Assembly (NCBI RefSeq): GCF_018350175.1
Contig: NC_058369.1
Location: 10,356,001-10,420,000 of the forward strand
Source: Felis catus
Taxonomy: Eukaryota
DNA length: 64,000 bases
Direction of reading: 5' to 3'
Of the stretch, positions 37,290 through 50,244 are shown in pieces. Position 1 is the first letter of the stretch; every line of letters starts with the position of its first letter. The translations under genes were made by a program, and so were the position numbers. Below the pieces are notes generated by a model that saw nothing but the letters and a program-made list of their open reading frames with translations, was not told the DNA's origin and did not search any database.

Positions 37290-39015
37290 ACAACAGAAAT
37301 TCACGTCTCGCGGTTCTAGAGGCCAGAAGTCTGAGATCAGGGTGCTGGTGGGGCTGTGCTGCCTGCGAGGCCTGGAGGGAGGCTCCTTCCTGGCATCCGG
37401 TGGCGGCTGGCAGTCCCTTGGCCTGAAGTTACATGGCTCTGGTCTCGGCCTGCATCGTCACGTGGCCTTCTCCCCTCGTGTGTCCCTGCTTCTGTCTTTC
37501 CTCCTCTTAGGACACCAGTCATACTGGGTTTGGGGCCCCCCCGACTCCACTGTGACTTCGTCTTAGCTAATCACACCTGCCAAGACCCTCTTCCCAAGTA
37601 AGGTCACGTTTTGAGGTACTGGGGAGGTTACGACTCCATAACTCTGGGGGGGGGGCGCAATTCAACCCATGACGGTGTGCCCTCTGTACCCCCCCCAACC
37701 AAATTCATGTCCTCCCCAGATACCAAGTACACTCAGATGATCTTGACACCCCAAGAGTGGGTGTCTTGACACCCACTTCAGCATCGACTCCCAAATCCCA
37801 AATCTCATCAGCTCAGAAAAGTCCTTGTGTCCTCATATGAATCATCCAAATCAGGCATGGGTGAGATTCAGGGTGTGGTCCGTCCCGGGGGGCAAAATTC
37901 TTCATCTGTGAACCTGTGAACCGAGGAAACAAGTCCTCTGCTCCCATAATGCAGTGGTGGGACACGCACCGGGCACTCGTTCCCTCTCCCGAAGGGAGAG
38001 AAAGAAGAGATCATGGGTCCCAAGCAAGCTCCAAACCCAGAAGGGCAAGTTCAAGGCTTGATGGCAATCCTCTGCTTGGAGGGGGGGGGGGGCGCGAGGG
38101 GAGGAGGGGGGCAGTAGTCCCACCCCCAGCTCACTGAGTCCCCAGGACAGATGAGTGGGGACACGAGCTGATGGTGTGGAGATGGGTCTGGAGTTGAGGG
38201 GGGAGAGTCAGCCCGGGGTCTGGGCCTGGTCAGGCCGTGAGGCTGCCTGCTGAGGCAGAGGCTAAGGGGAGTGAGGACAGGGGTCACAGTCGCGTGAGGG
38301 ACGGAGGAGGGTCTTGTACGGAGGAGGCTAGGGCCGTGGTCACTGAAGCCCCCGGGGTGGTGGGCTTCAGTGTGGAAGGATGGAGGGCCGAACACACGAC
38401 TGGATCCCCACCGCAGATGGGGGTCGCTGGTGGTCCGAGTGCGGTGCCTGTCCTTGTGATCATGAGTGAGCGGGAGGTGAGGAAAGGGACACAGAGGATT
38501 GGTTGCCCACGGCGGGGAAGCAAAAATATTATGCATTATGTAGAGGGAAAAGCAGAGTGTTGTGGCTTAAATTGCGGTGCCCCCCAAAAGACCCATTGAA
38601 GTCCTAACCGCCGGTACCCGTGACCGGGACTGAGACCTTACTTGGAAATAGGGTCTGTGCAGCTGCAGGTTAAGATGAGGTCGTGATGCGGGGGCCCAGA
38701 GTGACTGGTGTCCTTTTAAGGAGAAAACACCAGGTGCAGACAGGGACACTCGGGAGAGGACGGCCATGTGATGACAGGTGCATAGATCGGAGGGACGCAG
38801 CTGCAGGCCAAGGAGCACCCAGGATTCTGGACAGTCGCCGCCAGAAGCCAGGAGGAGGCGAGGAGGGATTCTACCCAGAGTCTCAGAGGGAGTGAAGCCC
38901 TGCTGCCACCTTGGTCTTGGACTTGTGGCCTCTGGAACTGAGACAGAAGATGTATCTGGGGTTTTGAGCCTCTCAGTTGGTGGTGCTTGGTTACAGCAGC
39001 CCCAGGAAAGGCATA
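37290..39015. mobile_element. MLT1/MaLR LTR and internal fragments (approx. 37290-38070 and 38560-39015)
   Basis: ttctagaggccagaagtctgagatcaggg; gaaggtcctaacc-like and ggcctctggaactgaga motifs. Confidence 0.65.
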
Positions 39016-39504
39016 CATGGGGTCAGAGATTGGACGTGGGTCAGGGTGCTGTGTTTTTGTTTTTTTTAATGATTAGATGCAATTAATTTTCTTCATTTGC
39101 ATGATATGCTTTATTTTTCAGTTCAGGATTAGTTCCCAGGGGGAAAGGTCCCGTGGCAGGGGGAGGTGAGCATGTAGGGAGACAAGGGATGGTGGGGGAG
39201 GTCACTCGCTCACCTGTCACGGGCCCCGGGTGGATGGAGGGGTGTGGTGGATTTGAAGGCAGGAAGGGGAGATCCTTCCTTCTCGTAGGCAGACCCCTGG
39301 GGTGGTGGCCGCTTCTCTGGCCCCTGCTTGTGCTAAGTCCTGGGCTGCCCCTGGCCCTGCAGAGTGGGGCAGAGGAAGGAGCTGAGCAGCTTGGGAGGGA
39401 ATGCTGACCCAGGGCTGAATCAAGGGGCAGTGGGGGTGCCCCAGAAACCCCAGGGGCTGTCGACTTGGGACTGTATAACTCCAGAGATTTGGAACGGAAG
39501 CAAC

Positions 39505-39722
39505 ATGTGCATATATGTGCGTGTTTGCACGTGTGTCCGCGTGTCTGTCTGTTTCTGTGCGTGTGTACTCGTCCGTGTGTGTCTGTGCGTCCGTGTCTCC
39601 GTGCATGCGTGTGTGAATGCATGCACGTGTGTGTCCTCGTGTGTGTGCACGTGTGCCTAAGCACGCAAGCGTGTGTGTGTGTGTGTGTGTCGTACGTGCG
39701 TGTGCATACGTGTGTGCACCTG
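39505..39722. repeat. Degenerate (GT)n/(GC)n purine-pyrimidine repeat
   Basis: Direct inspection. Confidence 0.9.
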
Positions 39723-39805
39723 TGATCACTTCACCGTTTTGGGGCGGGCAGCCCAGGGGTCCTGTGGGTGTGCTCACTGGGCCTCCTGGCTGCCCTCTCC
39801 TGTAG

Positions 39806-39894
39806 CTCTGCTTGCCCAGGACCCCACCTGGCTCCGGAAGGAGAAGACAGAGGGGGAGTCTGTGGCTCCTGGGATGCTGCTCAGCTGTCCGCAG
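39806..39894 (+). CDS. ZNF333: ZNF333 exon (A)LLAQDPTWLRKEKTEGESVAPGMLLSCPQ preceding the second KRAB
   Basis: ctgtag acceptor, gtgagt donor, 89 nt, phase 1/0; matches recalled human VPARDPAWLQEDKVEEEAMAPGLPTACSQ. Confidence 0.88.
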
Positions 39895-40363
39895 GTGAGT
39901 AGGAAACCCCTGTTGCTCAGGCCCTGATTCTCCTCCCTTGGTCTGGAGCTTCTCGCCCCCACAGGGCTGGTGTCCAGGCTCCTAGGCCCTGGGCCTGTTA
40001 TAGTGTCAGAATCGGCGGGGGAAGGGATGTGGGGCAGCCCAGGTGGCGGTCCCGCCCCTTCGTTCAGACCTTCCCTAGCCGAGGAGTGCCTGGTTCTACT
40101 GGGCACCAGGAGGGAAAACAGCAAGGTTGTGAGCTGTCCTTGTTCGCTAGTCCTCACGGTTTCCCAGGACAGATAGCGGTCATTTACCACGTGTTTCTCT
40201 CTTGTCTGCCACGTGCTCAGGCCTGTGGGACCCTGGAGCCGGAGGGGAATAAAACTGCCGTGGCTTCCCAGCTGGTAGCTAAGTCCTTCGATGCCACACC
40301 TCTGGATGCTGTCCCTCGGGGACAAATGTGCAGATGGAGGAGAGTTCTAGTTCTGGGGCCTGA

Positions 40364-40999
<636 letters not shown>

Positions 41000-41072
41000 T
41001 AAAGACGTCAGGATACGGGCCCCAGTTTACTGGCAGGCACGGCTCACGCCCTGCGTATTTCCCCACGAGCAG

Positions 41073-41168
41073 GAGATCAGCTCGGCAAATTCAGTTCGTT
41101 TTCCCATTTGGAGCAAGGAGAAGAGTGGTGGCCGACGGAGAGAAATGTCTTCCCGGGAAGCTGTCCAG
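41073..41168 (+). CDS. ZNF333: ZNF333 second KRAB-B exon (G)DQLGKFSSFSHLEQGEEWWPTERNVFPGSCP
   Basis: gagcag acceptor, gtgacg donor, 96 nt, LEQGEE motif. Confidence 0.92.
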
Positions 41169-41670
41169 GTGACGCTTTCAGTGACCTTGACGAAGCCGCT
41201 CTACTGGATGCCACCGCCTTCCCTCTTTATCCCGAATACTTTACTCTGGTTTCACAGGATGATTTGTCCTGCCTCCTCGTCACCTTGGTCACCTCCATGT
41301 GTCTGTTTTATCCTGTGTGTGTTTTCCGCGGACGTAGCGTGTGCATGTTTTATCCGGTGCCTCCCCGCCCCCCGTATGATCTCGCTGACACTTTCTCTCA
41401 ATTTCGGCCTCAACCTTCATAGGCTCCTTTCTCAGTAACTTATCTTCCATTTCTAATCCTTGTTGCTGTGGTTACATAGCTCCTTACAGAGCCAGATGCC
41501 TTAACATTTCCTGGACACTCTGATACATCCCTCCCCTTCCCAGTTTCTTCCCGTAGTTAGAATCGGTATTAAAAAAGCACAAAACCCCACATGCCCTGCT
41601 TATTCATCTGGTTGCCCTGTTTGTACGGTTTTCTCTGTGCTCTTACTTTTCCCTTCCTTGTCCATTTCAG

Positions 41671-41744
41671 AACCTTCGCTTCCACCCCAAGGTTCAGTTC
41701 CTAGCCAAGATATTTTTGCAGAGATTTCCGTCAGCATGGAAAGG
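41671..41744 (+). CDS. ZNF333: ZNF333 spacer exon (E)PSLPPQGSVPSQDIFAEISVSMER
   Basis: tttcag acceptor, gtaagg donor, 74 nt, phase 1/0; PSQD-F-EI motif as in human ZNF333. Confidence 0.85.
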
Positions 41745-41817
41745 GTAAGGCACCCAAGGAGCATTCTCGGTTCTGTTGTAGGACGAGTCTGGGGTTGCTG
41801 CAGGTTAGAAAAGCAGG

Positions 41818-42400
41818 GCTGCCTGGCTGGCTCATTCGGAGGAGCCTCCGACTCTTGACCTCGGGGTGGTGAGTGTGAGCCCCATGTTGGGTGTAGAGAT
41901 TCTTTCAATCAATCAATCTTTTTTTTAAAACATTTAAAAAAAATTTTTTTTTCCAACGTTTATTTATTTTTGGGACAGAGAGAGACAAAGCATGAACGGG
42001 GGAGGGGCAGAGAGAGAGGGAGACACAGAATCGGAAACAGGCTCCAGGCTCTGAGCCATCAGCCCAGAGCCCGACGCGGGGCTCGAACTCACGGACCGCG
42101 AGATCGTGACCTGGCTGAAGTGGGACGCTTAACCGACTGCGCCACCCAGGCGCCCCTAAAAATTTTTTTTAATGTTTATTTATTATTGAGAGACAGAGCA
42201 CGGGCAGGGAAGGGACAGAGAGAGAGGGAGACACAGAATCTGAAGCAGGCTCTAGGCTCTGAGTCGTCAGCACAGAGCCCGATGTGGGGCTCGAACTCCC
42301 AAACTGGGAGATCATGACCCGAGCCGAAGTCGGACGCTTAACTGACTGAACCCCCCGGGCGCCCCAAATAAATCAATCTTAAGAAAGAAAGAAAGAAAGA
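41818..42400. mobile_element. Three SINEs (one +, two -) in the last ZNF333 intron
   Basis: Heads at ~41818 (+), 42156 (-), 42365 (-); aatcaatctt flanks the minus-strand pair. Confidence 0.85.
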
Positions 42401-42862
42401 AAGAAATAGCATGAGGCCAGAGAGAGAGAGAGAGAGATTGATTCAAGGTGAGTGGTGCTCACCCAGGAGAACACAGTGTCCTGGGAGAGAGTCTGTGAAA
42501 GTCATGAATTGGGGAAAACTCTACGTGTAGATTAAGGCATGTGTCTTCGCAGAGTTCCCACAGGCAACCGCTTGCACCAGTGAACAGGTACCAAGTGTTT
42601 AAGGCTCCGTGTGGCTTTAACTCGGCAAAACTCTGCATCTGAGAGGCCTCATGAAAGTAAAGACAATGACAGTGCTTTGTGGGCAGCATCCCCTTGAAGG
42701 GACTCGGGGCGGAAATGGTCCAGACTCACTAAGAGAGTAGATACTAAAAGGCATCTATGCCTCGGCTGTCGATACCTTTCCCTTACGCCCAGTTGCCCCC
42801 CGGGGGAGAATGTCTGTGAACGTAATAAAGCCTCAGGTCTTCGTATTTTCCTCCATTGACAG

Positions 42863-43960
42863 GGGCGGCCTCAGACGGGAGAAAACCTCTACAGACCTAG
42901 TGAACTCGGAAAACCCTCGCCCTGCGTCCAACCGCTTTTTCAGTACCAGAGCATTCGTGCTGGAGGCGACCCCTGCGAATGCCTAGAGAGCGGAAGATCC
43001 CTCTTCCAGCCCGCTCGGCTCCTCGCGCCTGAGAAGATCCGCCGTGGGGACAGAACCTTCGCGTGTCGCCAGTGTGAGAAGTCCTTCAGATACAGCTCCG
43101 ACCTGATCAGGCACGAGAAGACCCACACCGCGGAGAAGTGCTTTGAGTGTCAGGAATGTCGGCAGACCTTCAAGTACTCCTCGAATCTGCGGCGTCACCT
43201 GAGGACTCACACCGGAGAGAAGCCCTTCGAATGTGCCCAGTGTGGGAAAACCTTCACCAGGAACTTCAACCTGATTTTGCACCAGAGAAACCACACGGGC
43301 GAGAAGCCCTACGCATGTAAGGACTGTGGGAAAGCCTTCAACCAGCCGTCCTCCCTGCGGAGCCACGTGAGGACTCACACCGGCGAGAAGCCCTTCGGGT
43401 GCAGTCAGTGTGGGAAAGCCTTCAGGGAGCACTCGTCGCTGAAGACGCACCTGCGAACGCACACCCGGGAGAAGCCGTACGAATGCAGCCAGTGCGGGAA
43501 GCCCTTCCGGACGAGCACGCACCTGAACGTGCACAAGAGGATACACACCGGGGAGAAGCTGTACGAGTGCGCTACGTGCGGCCAGGTGCTGAGTCGCCTC
43601 TCGACCCTCAAGAGTCACATGCGAACCCACACCGGAGAGAAGCCCTACGCGTGCCAGGAGTGCGGGCGCGCCTTCAGTGAACCTTCGTCCCTCCGGAAAC
43701 ACGCGAGGACCCACACGGGCAAGAAGCCCTACGCGTGTCAGGAGTGCGGGCGCGCCTTTGGTCAGTCTTCACACCTTATCGTGCACGTGAGGACCCACAC
43801 CGCAGGGAGGCCCTACGCGTGCAGTCAGTGTGAGAAGGCCTTCAGGCACAGCTCTTCGCTCGCCGTGCATAAAAGGGTTCATGCTGGGAGAGAAAGCGCT
43901 AAGAGCGGTGGCCTGCCTCTATCAGTGCCCCAGCCGTATGTCGGGCCCCTTGCTGATTAA
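42863..43960 (+). CDS. ZNF333: ZNF333 terminal exon with 10 C2H2 zinc fingers
   Basis: tgacag acceptor; 1098-nt open frame to TAA; fingers RYSSDLIRH, KYSSNLRRH, TRNFNLILH, NQPSSLRSH, REHSSLKTH, RTSTHLNVH, SRLSTLKSH, SEPSSLRKH, GQSSHLIVH, RHSSSLAVH match recalled ZNF333; the ten exons sum to 1899 nt = 632 aa + stop. Confidence 0.96.
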   Translation, partial: GRPQTGENLYRPSELGKPSPCVQPLFQYQSIRAGGDPCECLESGRSLFQPARLLAPEKIRRGDRTFACRQCEKSFRYSSDLIRHEKTHTAEKCFECQECRQTFKYSSNLRRHLRTHTGEKPFECAQCGKTFTRNFNLILHQRNHTGEKPYACKDCGKAFNQPSSLRSHVRTHTGEKPFGCSQCGKAFREHSSLKTHLRTHTREKPYECSQCGKPFRTSTHLNVHKRIHTGEKLYECATCGQVLSRLSTLKSHMRTHTGEKPYACQECGRAFSEPSSLRKHARTHTGKKPYACQECGRAFGQSSHLIVHVRTHTAGRPYACSQCEKAFRHSSSLAVHKRVHAGRESAKSGGLPLSVPQPYVGPLAD

Positions 43961-43969
43961 TGTTCGACT

Positions 43970-43999
43970 TTTATTTTTTTAATTTAATTTTTTAATTAT

Positions 44000-44042
<43 letters not shown>

Positions 44043-44427
44043 CACGTGCATGGGGGAGGAGCAGAGAGAGAGAATCTTTTTTTTTTTTTTTTTTTTTTTT
44101 AGTATTTATTTGTTTTTGAGGGAGAGAGAGACAGAGTGTGAGTGGAGGAGGGGCAGAGAGAGAGGGAGACACAGAATCCAAAGCAGGCTCCGGGCTCCGA
44201 GCCGTCAGCACAGAGCCCGACACGGGGCTCGAACCCAGGAGACGTGAGATCACCACCTGAGCCGAAATCGGTCGCTTAACCGACTGAGCCACCCAGGCGC
44301 TCTGGGAGAGAGAGAATCTCACGCGGGTGTGGAGCCCGATGCGGAACTCGATCCCACAACCCTGGGATCATGACCTGAGCCGAAACCAAGAGTCGGACGC
44401 TCAACCGACTGAGCCACCCAGGCGCCC
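43970..44427 (-). mobile_element. SINE nested inside a SINE at the start of the ZNF333 3'UTR
   Basis: Inner copy ~44076-44302 flanked by gagagagagaatct; host resumes at ~44305. Confidence 0.88.
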
Positions 44428-45564
44428 TCCAAGTTTTCTAAAAGTATAAACGTTCCAGGCTGTCATCCTCTCTCGTGGCACTCGTTTGGCCACATTCCAT
44501 GTTTTGATGTGTAATATTTTCATTTTGGTTGAAATCTAAGTATTGTCTTAGTTTCTGTTACCACTTATTCTTTGGCCCGTGAGTGATCTGTAATTAGATT
44601 TTAAAACCATGGGATGTGGATATATTTTTCTAGAGGTATAATTACTCCTAGCGAAATGCATAAACCTTAAGTGTACAGCTGGAGGAGTCTGACAGGTTCG
44701 TATGTATGTTCATGTCACCAACCCGCCATTCAAGGTATACAACATTTCTGTCATTCCGGAAAGTTCCTGCATGTGTATGGGTGTTTTTTTTTTTTTTAGT
44801 TGCTTTTTGTTGTTGGTTTTTAATTTAATTACATTGTGAGCAGAAAATGTGGTCTTTATGTTATTGAATATTGGGTATCTGTTTTGTTTTTAACGTGGCA
44901 TATCCTGCTAGTTGCCTATCAAAATTGCCCCTTGTTCCTTAAAAAACAACTTAGGTTTCTCTTGTTCAGGTTGGTACGATGCGCTCTTGAAAAACCCCGT
45001 ACCTCCCAGCCTCCTCCTTGCAGCTAGGGGACGCCACAGCCCCCCCCCCCCAGTCCCGGCCATTCTAAGTATGAGAAGTCATTGGGTGTGATTCCGGGGA
45101 AGGATGTTGCAAAGGAACATTTAGCCAGATCCCTCCACTTCTTGGCCTTTGTACAAACAGACATGATGCCCAGTGCTTGAGAAGCCATCCCACGGCCATG
45201 AGGGTAAAGGCTGCAGCTGAAGAGAGTGTAGCCAGACCTCACGACCATCCTGGCTCCCCAGCTGGTATCTTTGTGTGGCTGCCCCGGACTGTTTGTTTCT
45301 GGATATCTTGTTACGTGGAAAAGGTGCACTTCTTACTGGCACAGGACATTGCTGCTTTGGGGAGGGGGCCGGGGAGGGGAGGGATGGGTTTATTACAGCC
45401 GAATGCTGTATCCAGCTGGTGCACTTAGTGTGTGGTCAGTTGTCATAAATGCTTCCTGTGTCGTTGAAGCCAATGTATTGTATTCTGCATATAGAATACA
45501 ATCCACTAGATCATATTATTTGTGTTTCAAAATCTTCTCCACATTTATAGGTATTGGTCTCTAT

Positions 45565-48550
45565 CTTCGTCTGTTCGGGCCGCATAACAAAAATACCATA
45601 GACTGGATGGCTTATAAACAGCAGAACTTTCTTCTCAGAGTTCTGGAGGCTGGAGTCTGAGATCGGGATGCTGGCAGATTTGATGTCTGGTGAGGCCTGC
45701 TTCGTGGTTCGTAGATGGCTGTCTTCTTGCCTGTGTCCTCACATGGCAGAAACAGAGCAAGGGAGCTCGTGGGGGTGTCTTTTATAAAGGCACCAGTCCC
45801 ATTCCTGAGGGCTGCACCCTTTTGATCTCATCACCTCCCTCCTTATAGCATCACAGGGTGGGAATCAGGCTTCAGAATGTGAATGGAGGGTGGGGCACAG
45901 ACATGAATTATTCAGTCCGTGTCCGTATCCATATCCATATCCAGGCACAGACATTAATTATTCAGTCTGTATCTGTATCCGTATCCGTCTTTGATCTGTT
46001 TACCAGAAGAGCTATGTTAAACTCTCCCACCATGGTTGCTGAATAAATCTTGTAATGCTGTCAGTTTTGAAATTTATATATTTTGAAGCAGTCAAATTAA
46101 ATGAGAAGGTTTTTATATTTTATGTGTCAGCAAATTGTTCCTGTTATTCTCACAGTGACCATCCTTCTCCCTAGTGATGAATATTCAACTCTTCATTTTC
46201 ATATTAGCAAGTCATTATTTGGAGCTTACTGGTAATAGATAGTAGATACTACCCTAAACTTTGAATCTTATTTAAAAAAAATTTTTTTTTAATGTTTATT
46301 TATTTTTGAGAGAGACAGAGACAGAATGCGAGTGGGTTAGGGGCAGAGAGAGGGGGAGACACAGAATCGGAAGCAGGCTCCAGGCTCTGAGCTGTCAGCT
46401 CAGAGCCCAATGAGGGGCTCGAACTCACGAGCTGTGAGATCATGACCTGAGCCGACGTCGGACGCTCAACCGACTGAGCCACCCAGGCGCCCCTGAATCT
46501 TATTTTAAGTTAACTTGTCACAATGACACTTTGAGGTAGATGCTATTATTATCCCCAATTTACAGGGCCAGTGGAGGTGAGTTAACCAAGATGAGACATG
46601 TGGTAAGCAGTGGAGTCCGGCTCCAAAATCCATGGGCTGTCCACAGTACTTTACCCCAGCGGACTTTTAAAAAATTTTTTGCCTGTTCTTACAGGGATAT
46701 GTTTTTGTATTTTAAAATTCTTTTTTTCCAAGTTTTTAAAAATTTATTTTTAAGGTAATCTCTACACCCAACATGGGGCTTGAACTCACGACCCTGAGAT
46801 AAAGAGCCACACGCTCTTCCGACTGAGCCAGCCAGGTGCCCCTTGTGGTTTAAAATCCTGAGGTATAACTTATGTAAAAGTTCATAAATCTCGACGCACA
46901 CCTTGATGAAATCTATGTATGTCTATACCACCATAACAGCATGTGAACTATTTTATCTCCCCAGGAGGTACCCTTGGGCCCTACTCCAGTCCTAGTCAAT
47001 AAGCCCCATCCAGAGGTAACAAGTATTTTGACTTACCACCATAGATTTGTTTTTCTGTTCATAGAAACAGAACCACACAGAGGTGCCTGGGTGGCTCAGT
47101 CAGTTGAGTGGCTGACTTTGGCTCAGGTCATGCTCTCACAGCTCGAGGGCTTGTGAGTTCGAGCCCTGTGTCGAGCTCTGTGCTAACAGCTTAGAGCCTG
47201 GAGCCTGCTTCCAATTCTGTGTCTCCCTCTCTCTCTGCTCCTCCCCTGCTCGCTCGCGTTCTGTCTCTCTCTTTCTCTCAAAAATAAATAAACATTAAAA
47301 AAAAAGAAAACTAAAAAAAAAAAAAAAAAAAAAATAGAACCACACACTATTGCCCCCTTGTGGCTGGTGTTTCCCTTAATAGAGCGCCTGCGAAATTTAT
47401 GTTTAACCATTGCTGTGTAGTATTCCGTTGTCTGAATATCCCACAGCCCCGACATTCCATTCTGTTTATGGACATTTGGGTCCTTTCCAGGTTTTGCTGT
47501 CGGGAATAAAGCTTCTGTGGATGTTCTTGTGCAAGTCTTACGGTGAACCAGTGTTCTAACTTCTCTTGGGTGCAAGCCTGGAGTGGAATCGCTGGGTCAT
47601 CACGTAGGCAGACCTTGAGCTTTGGCGGATGCTGCCAAGAGGTCTCCAAAGTGGCCGAAACAATTTATGCCTCCGTCATCAGGAAAGTTTCATTCACTTC
47701 ACATCCTGATAATGCATGCTCCTGTCAGTTTGATTTGAGCTACGTCACTGGATGTGTAAGTGGTTTCTGGTGTTTTACTTTGCACTGGGTGTGCACGCGC
47801 GTGTGCGTAGATAACGATGTAGTAGATGGTGGCCACGATAATTCCTCCTATCTCTCAGCGTGCATCTCTTTTCAGGGTGGGTTTTGTTGTTCCCTCGCAT
47901 CAAGAGGTGGAGTTTATTTCTCTACCCCTTGAAGATGCGCTTGATCGCACGACTTTCTTTGGCCGATGGAACGTTATCAAACATGGCAGGAGCAGACGCT
48001 TGAAAAACACTCGCCGGGGTTTGCCCACTTGTTGTTATGGTTCGAGTCGTAAGAGCAAAGTGTGAAGACACCTGGGCCAACCTCTCCCCTAGGATGCGAG
48101 GGTCCTTGCTGACAGCCGGCACCACCCACAGGCAGGCGAGTGAGGCCATCTTGGACCATCCAGCCCCAGGCAAGCCGTCAGGTGGCCTCAGTTGCACGAG
48201 TGACCCTAGGTGAGACCATCAGAAGAACTAACTGCCCAGCTGAGTTCAGCTCAGATTGCTGACCCACAGAATTGGGACAGAATTATGAGCATATAAGGTA
48301 ACGGACACAGGAGTGAGCGATGGGGACAGGGCGCTGCTGTAGCAAACATTTAAAATGTGGCATTGACTTTGCAACCTGGCAGTGAGGCAGCAGCTGTAAA
48401 GGGGCGAAGAAATTTCAGCCGGAAGCGTGAGGAAACTGCCAGACGTTAGGAGAAGGCTATGCGGTTATGTGGTATGAGAACCACTGGCAAAAGTGTTGTT
48501 GTGGCAACTTGGGGAAGATAGGCCATGAACTTGTGGGTCTGGTTGAGGAG
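45565..48550. mobile_element. Mixed repeats: MLT1 (45565-45915), SINEs (46270-46494, 46735-46842, 47080-47335), old L1M, MLT1 LTR plus internal part (~47820-48550)
   Basis: Recognisable consensus motifs; boundaries approximate. Confidence 0.65.
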
Positions 48551-48599
48551 TGGGGGGCGGGGGGGAGCTTCCCCCCATCTCTGGCCCTCCCCCCAGCCT

Positions 48600-48909
48600 T
48601 CCTCATGACCTCCTGAGCCCATGTTGGACGCCTAACCGACTGAGCCACCCAGGCGCCCTATCGAGGTTTATATATATATTTTTTTTTAAAATTTTTTTTT
48701 TTTCAACGTTTATTTATTTTTTTTGGGACAGAGAGAGACAGAGCATGAATGGGGGAGGGGCAGAGAGAGAGGGAGACACAGAATTGGAAACAGGCTCCAG
48801 GCTCTGAGCCATCAGCCCAGAGCCTGACGCGGGGCTCGAACTCACAGACCGCGAGATCGTGACCTGGCTGAAGTCGGACGCTTAACCGACTGCGCCACCC
48901 AGGCGCCCC
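48600..48909 (-). mobile_element. Partial SINE head plus a young SINEC_Fc
   Basis: TSD tcgaggtttatat at 48661 and 48910. Confidence 0.88.
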
Positions 48910-49032
48910 TCGAGGTTTATATTTTTATAACAGTATTACACGAGCGGCCGTGAAACTGGAGGCAGACCGTATGACCAGGGGAGCTAAGCAGGGTGGGATT
49001 AAGTCACCTCCCAGGATTAGGAGGATAATTTT

Positions 49033-49202
49033 ATTTTATTTTATTTTATTTTATTTTATTTTATTTTATTTTATTTTATTTTATTTTATTTTTTATTTTT
49101 ATTTTTTCAATATATGAAGTTTATTGTCAAATTGGTTTCCATACAACACTCAGTGCTCATCCCAAAAGGTGCCCTCCTCAATACCCATCACCCACCCTCC
49201 CC
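49033..49202 (-). mobile_element. Short 5'-truncated carnivore L1 3' end with (TTTTA)n tail inserted in ERV env
   Basis: L1 3'UTR-like sequence similar to 59340-59490; TSD taggaggataatttt at 49018-49032 and 49203-49217. Confidence 0.8.
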
Positions 49203-50004
49203 TAGGAGGATAATTTTAATGAGAGTTTTGAATCCCCTGAAAGTTGAAAACCATCCTCCGGATAACTCCCCCCGGGGTTTTAACCGTTCCAGATCTGGAC
49301 GGGGATAGGAGCAATCCTTTTCATTTGATTTGTGATCTCTTGCATGATTTTTTCCCCCCTCATTATCTATTTGTAGGCAGCAGTTGCTTAGGTTAAACTT
49401 TTTACAAACTTTTCTCTCAGAAGCAAGCAGGTAATCTGAGGCCACGCGATTCTGATCATGGCATTGCACATTTTGGTTTGCTGCTTGCCTAGTAAGTTAA
49501 GAGCTCTGGCAGCTTCACTGGTTATAATTTTTATAACTGCTTGTAGTCTGATTATGCGGTTTAGCATGTAAATGGGAGCACGATGGCCCCAGGACCCGTC
49601 CTCTGTCCAGGTGGCAGGTCCATCATATTGGATTTATGCTCGGGGGGCCATTCATCATCTTTTTAGTTGCCAATTTGTAAGGCACACTGCTTTCTTTGAG
49701 TCTCCCTGTCCCCAAATGTTTCCTTCTGGCAAGTGGGAGCAGGAAGAAAGATGGACGAAGAGTTCCCACCATGTATGACCCTGACCAGACTGAGGGAAGT
49801 ACTATATAGGCTTTCCTTCCACATATCCAGGCTAGTCCACCTGGGACCCGCCCTTTGATGGCTGTATGGACCTTGTCCCAGGCCTCTCGGAGATGAGAGA
49901 AGTTAGACAAGGGGTGGGGATCTGGCTCAAGGTGATCTGGGGTCCCCCACCATTGGGTTTTCCGGACAGTTGAGTTATAAAATCTTTGGCTTATGCATGT
50001 AAAG

Positions 50005-50244
50005 TTTTATTTATTTATTTTTTTAATTTTGTTTTTTTAACGTTTATTCATTTTTGAGAGACAGAGAGAAACAGAGCGTGAGCGGGGAAGGGGCAGAGAG
50101 AGAGGGAGACACGGAATCTGAAGCAAGCTCTAGGCTTTGAGCTGTCAGCACGGAGCCCGACGTGGGGCTCGAACTCACGAACCGCGAGATCATGACCTGA
50201 GCCGAAGTCAGATGCTCAACTGACTGAGCCACCCAGGCACCCCT
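50005..50244 (-). mobile_element. Can-SINE inserted in ERV env
   Basis: TSD-like gcatgtNaagtttt on both sides. Confidence 0.9.

Noticed and set aside
42983..43714. 243-aa antisense ORF
   Set aside because: Mirror of the GC3-rich zinc-finger repeat
43277..43960. 227-aa ORF as a stand-alone gene
   Set aside because: It starts at TTG inside the spliced ZNF333 terminal exon, which begins at 42863
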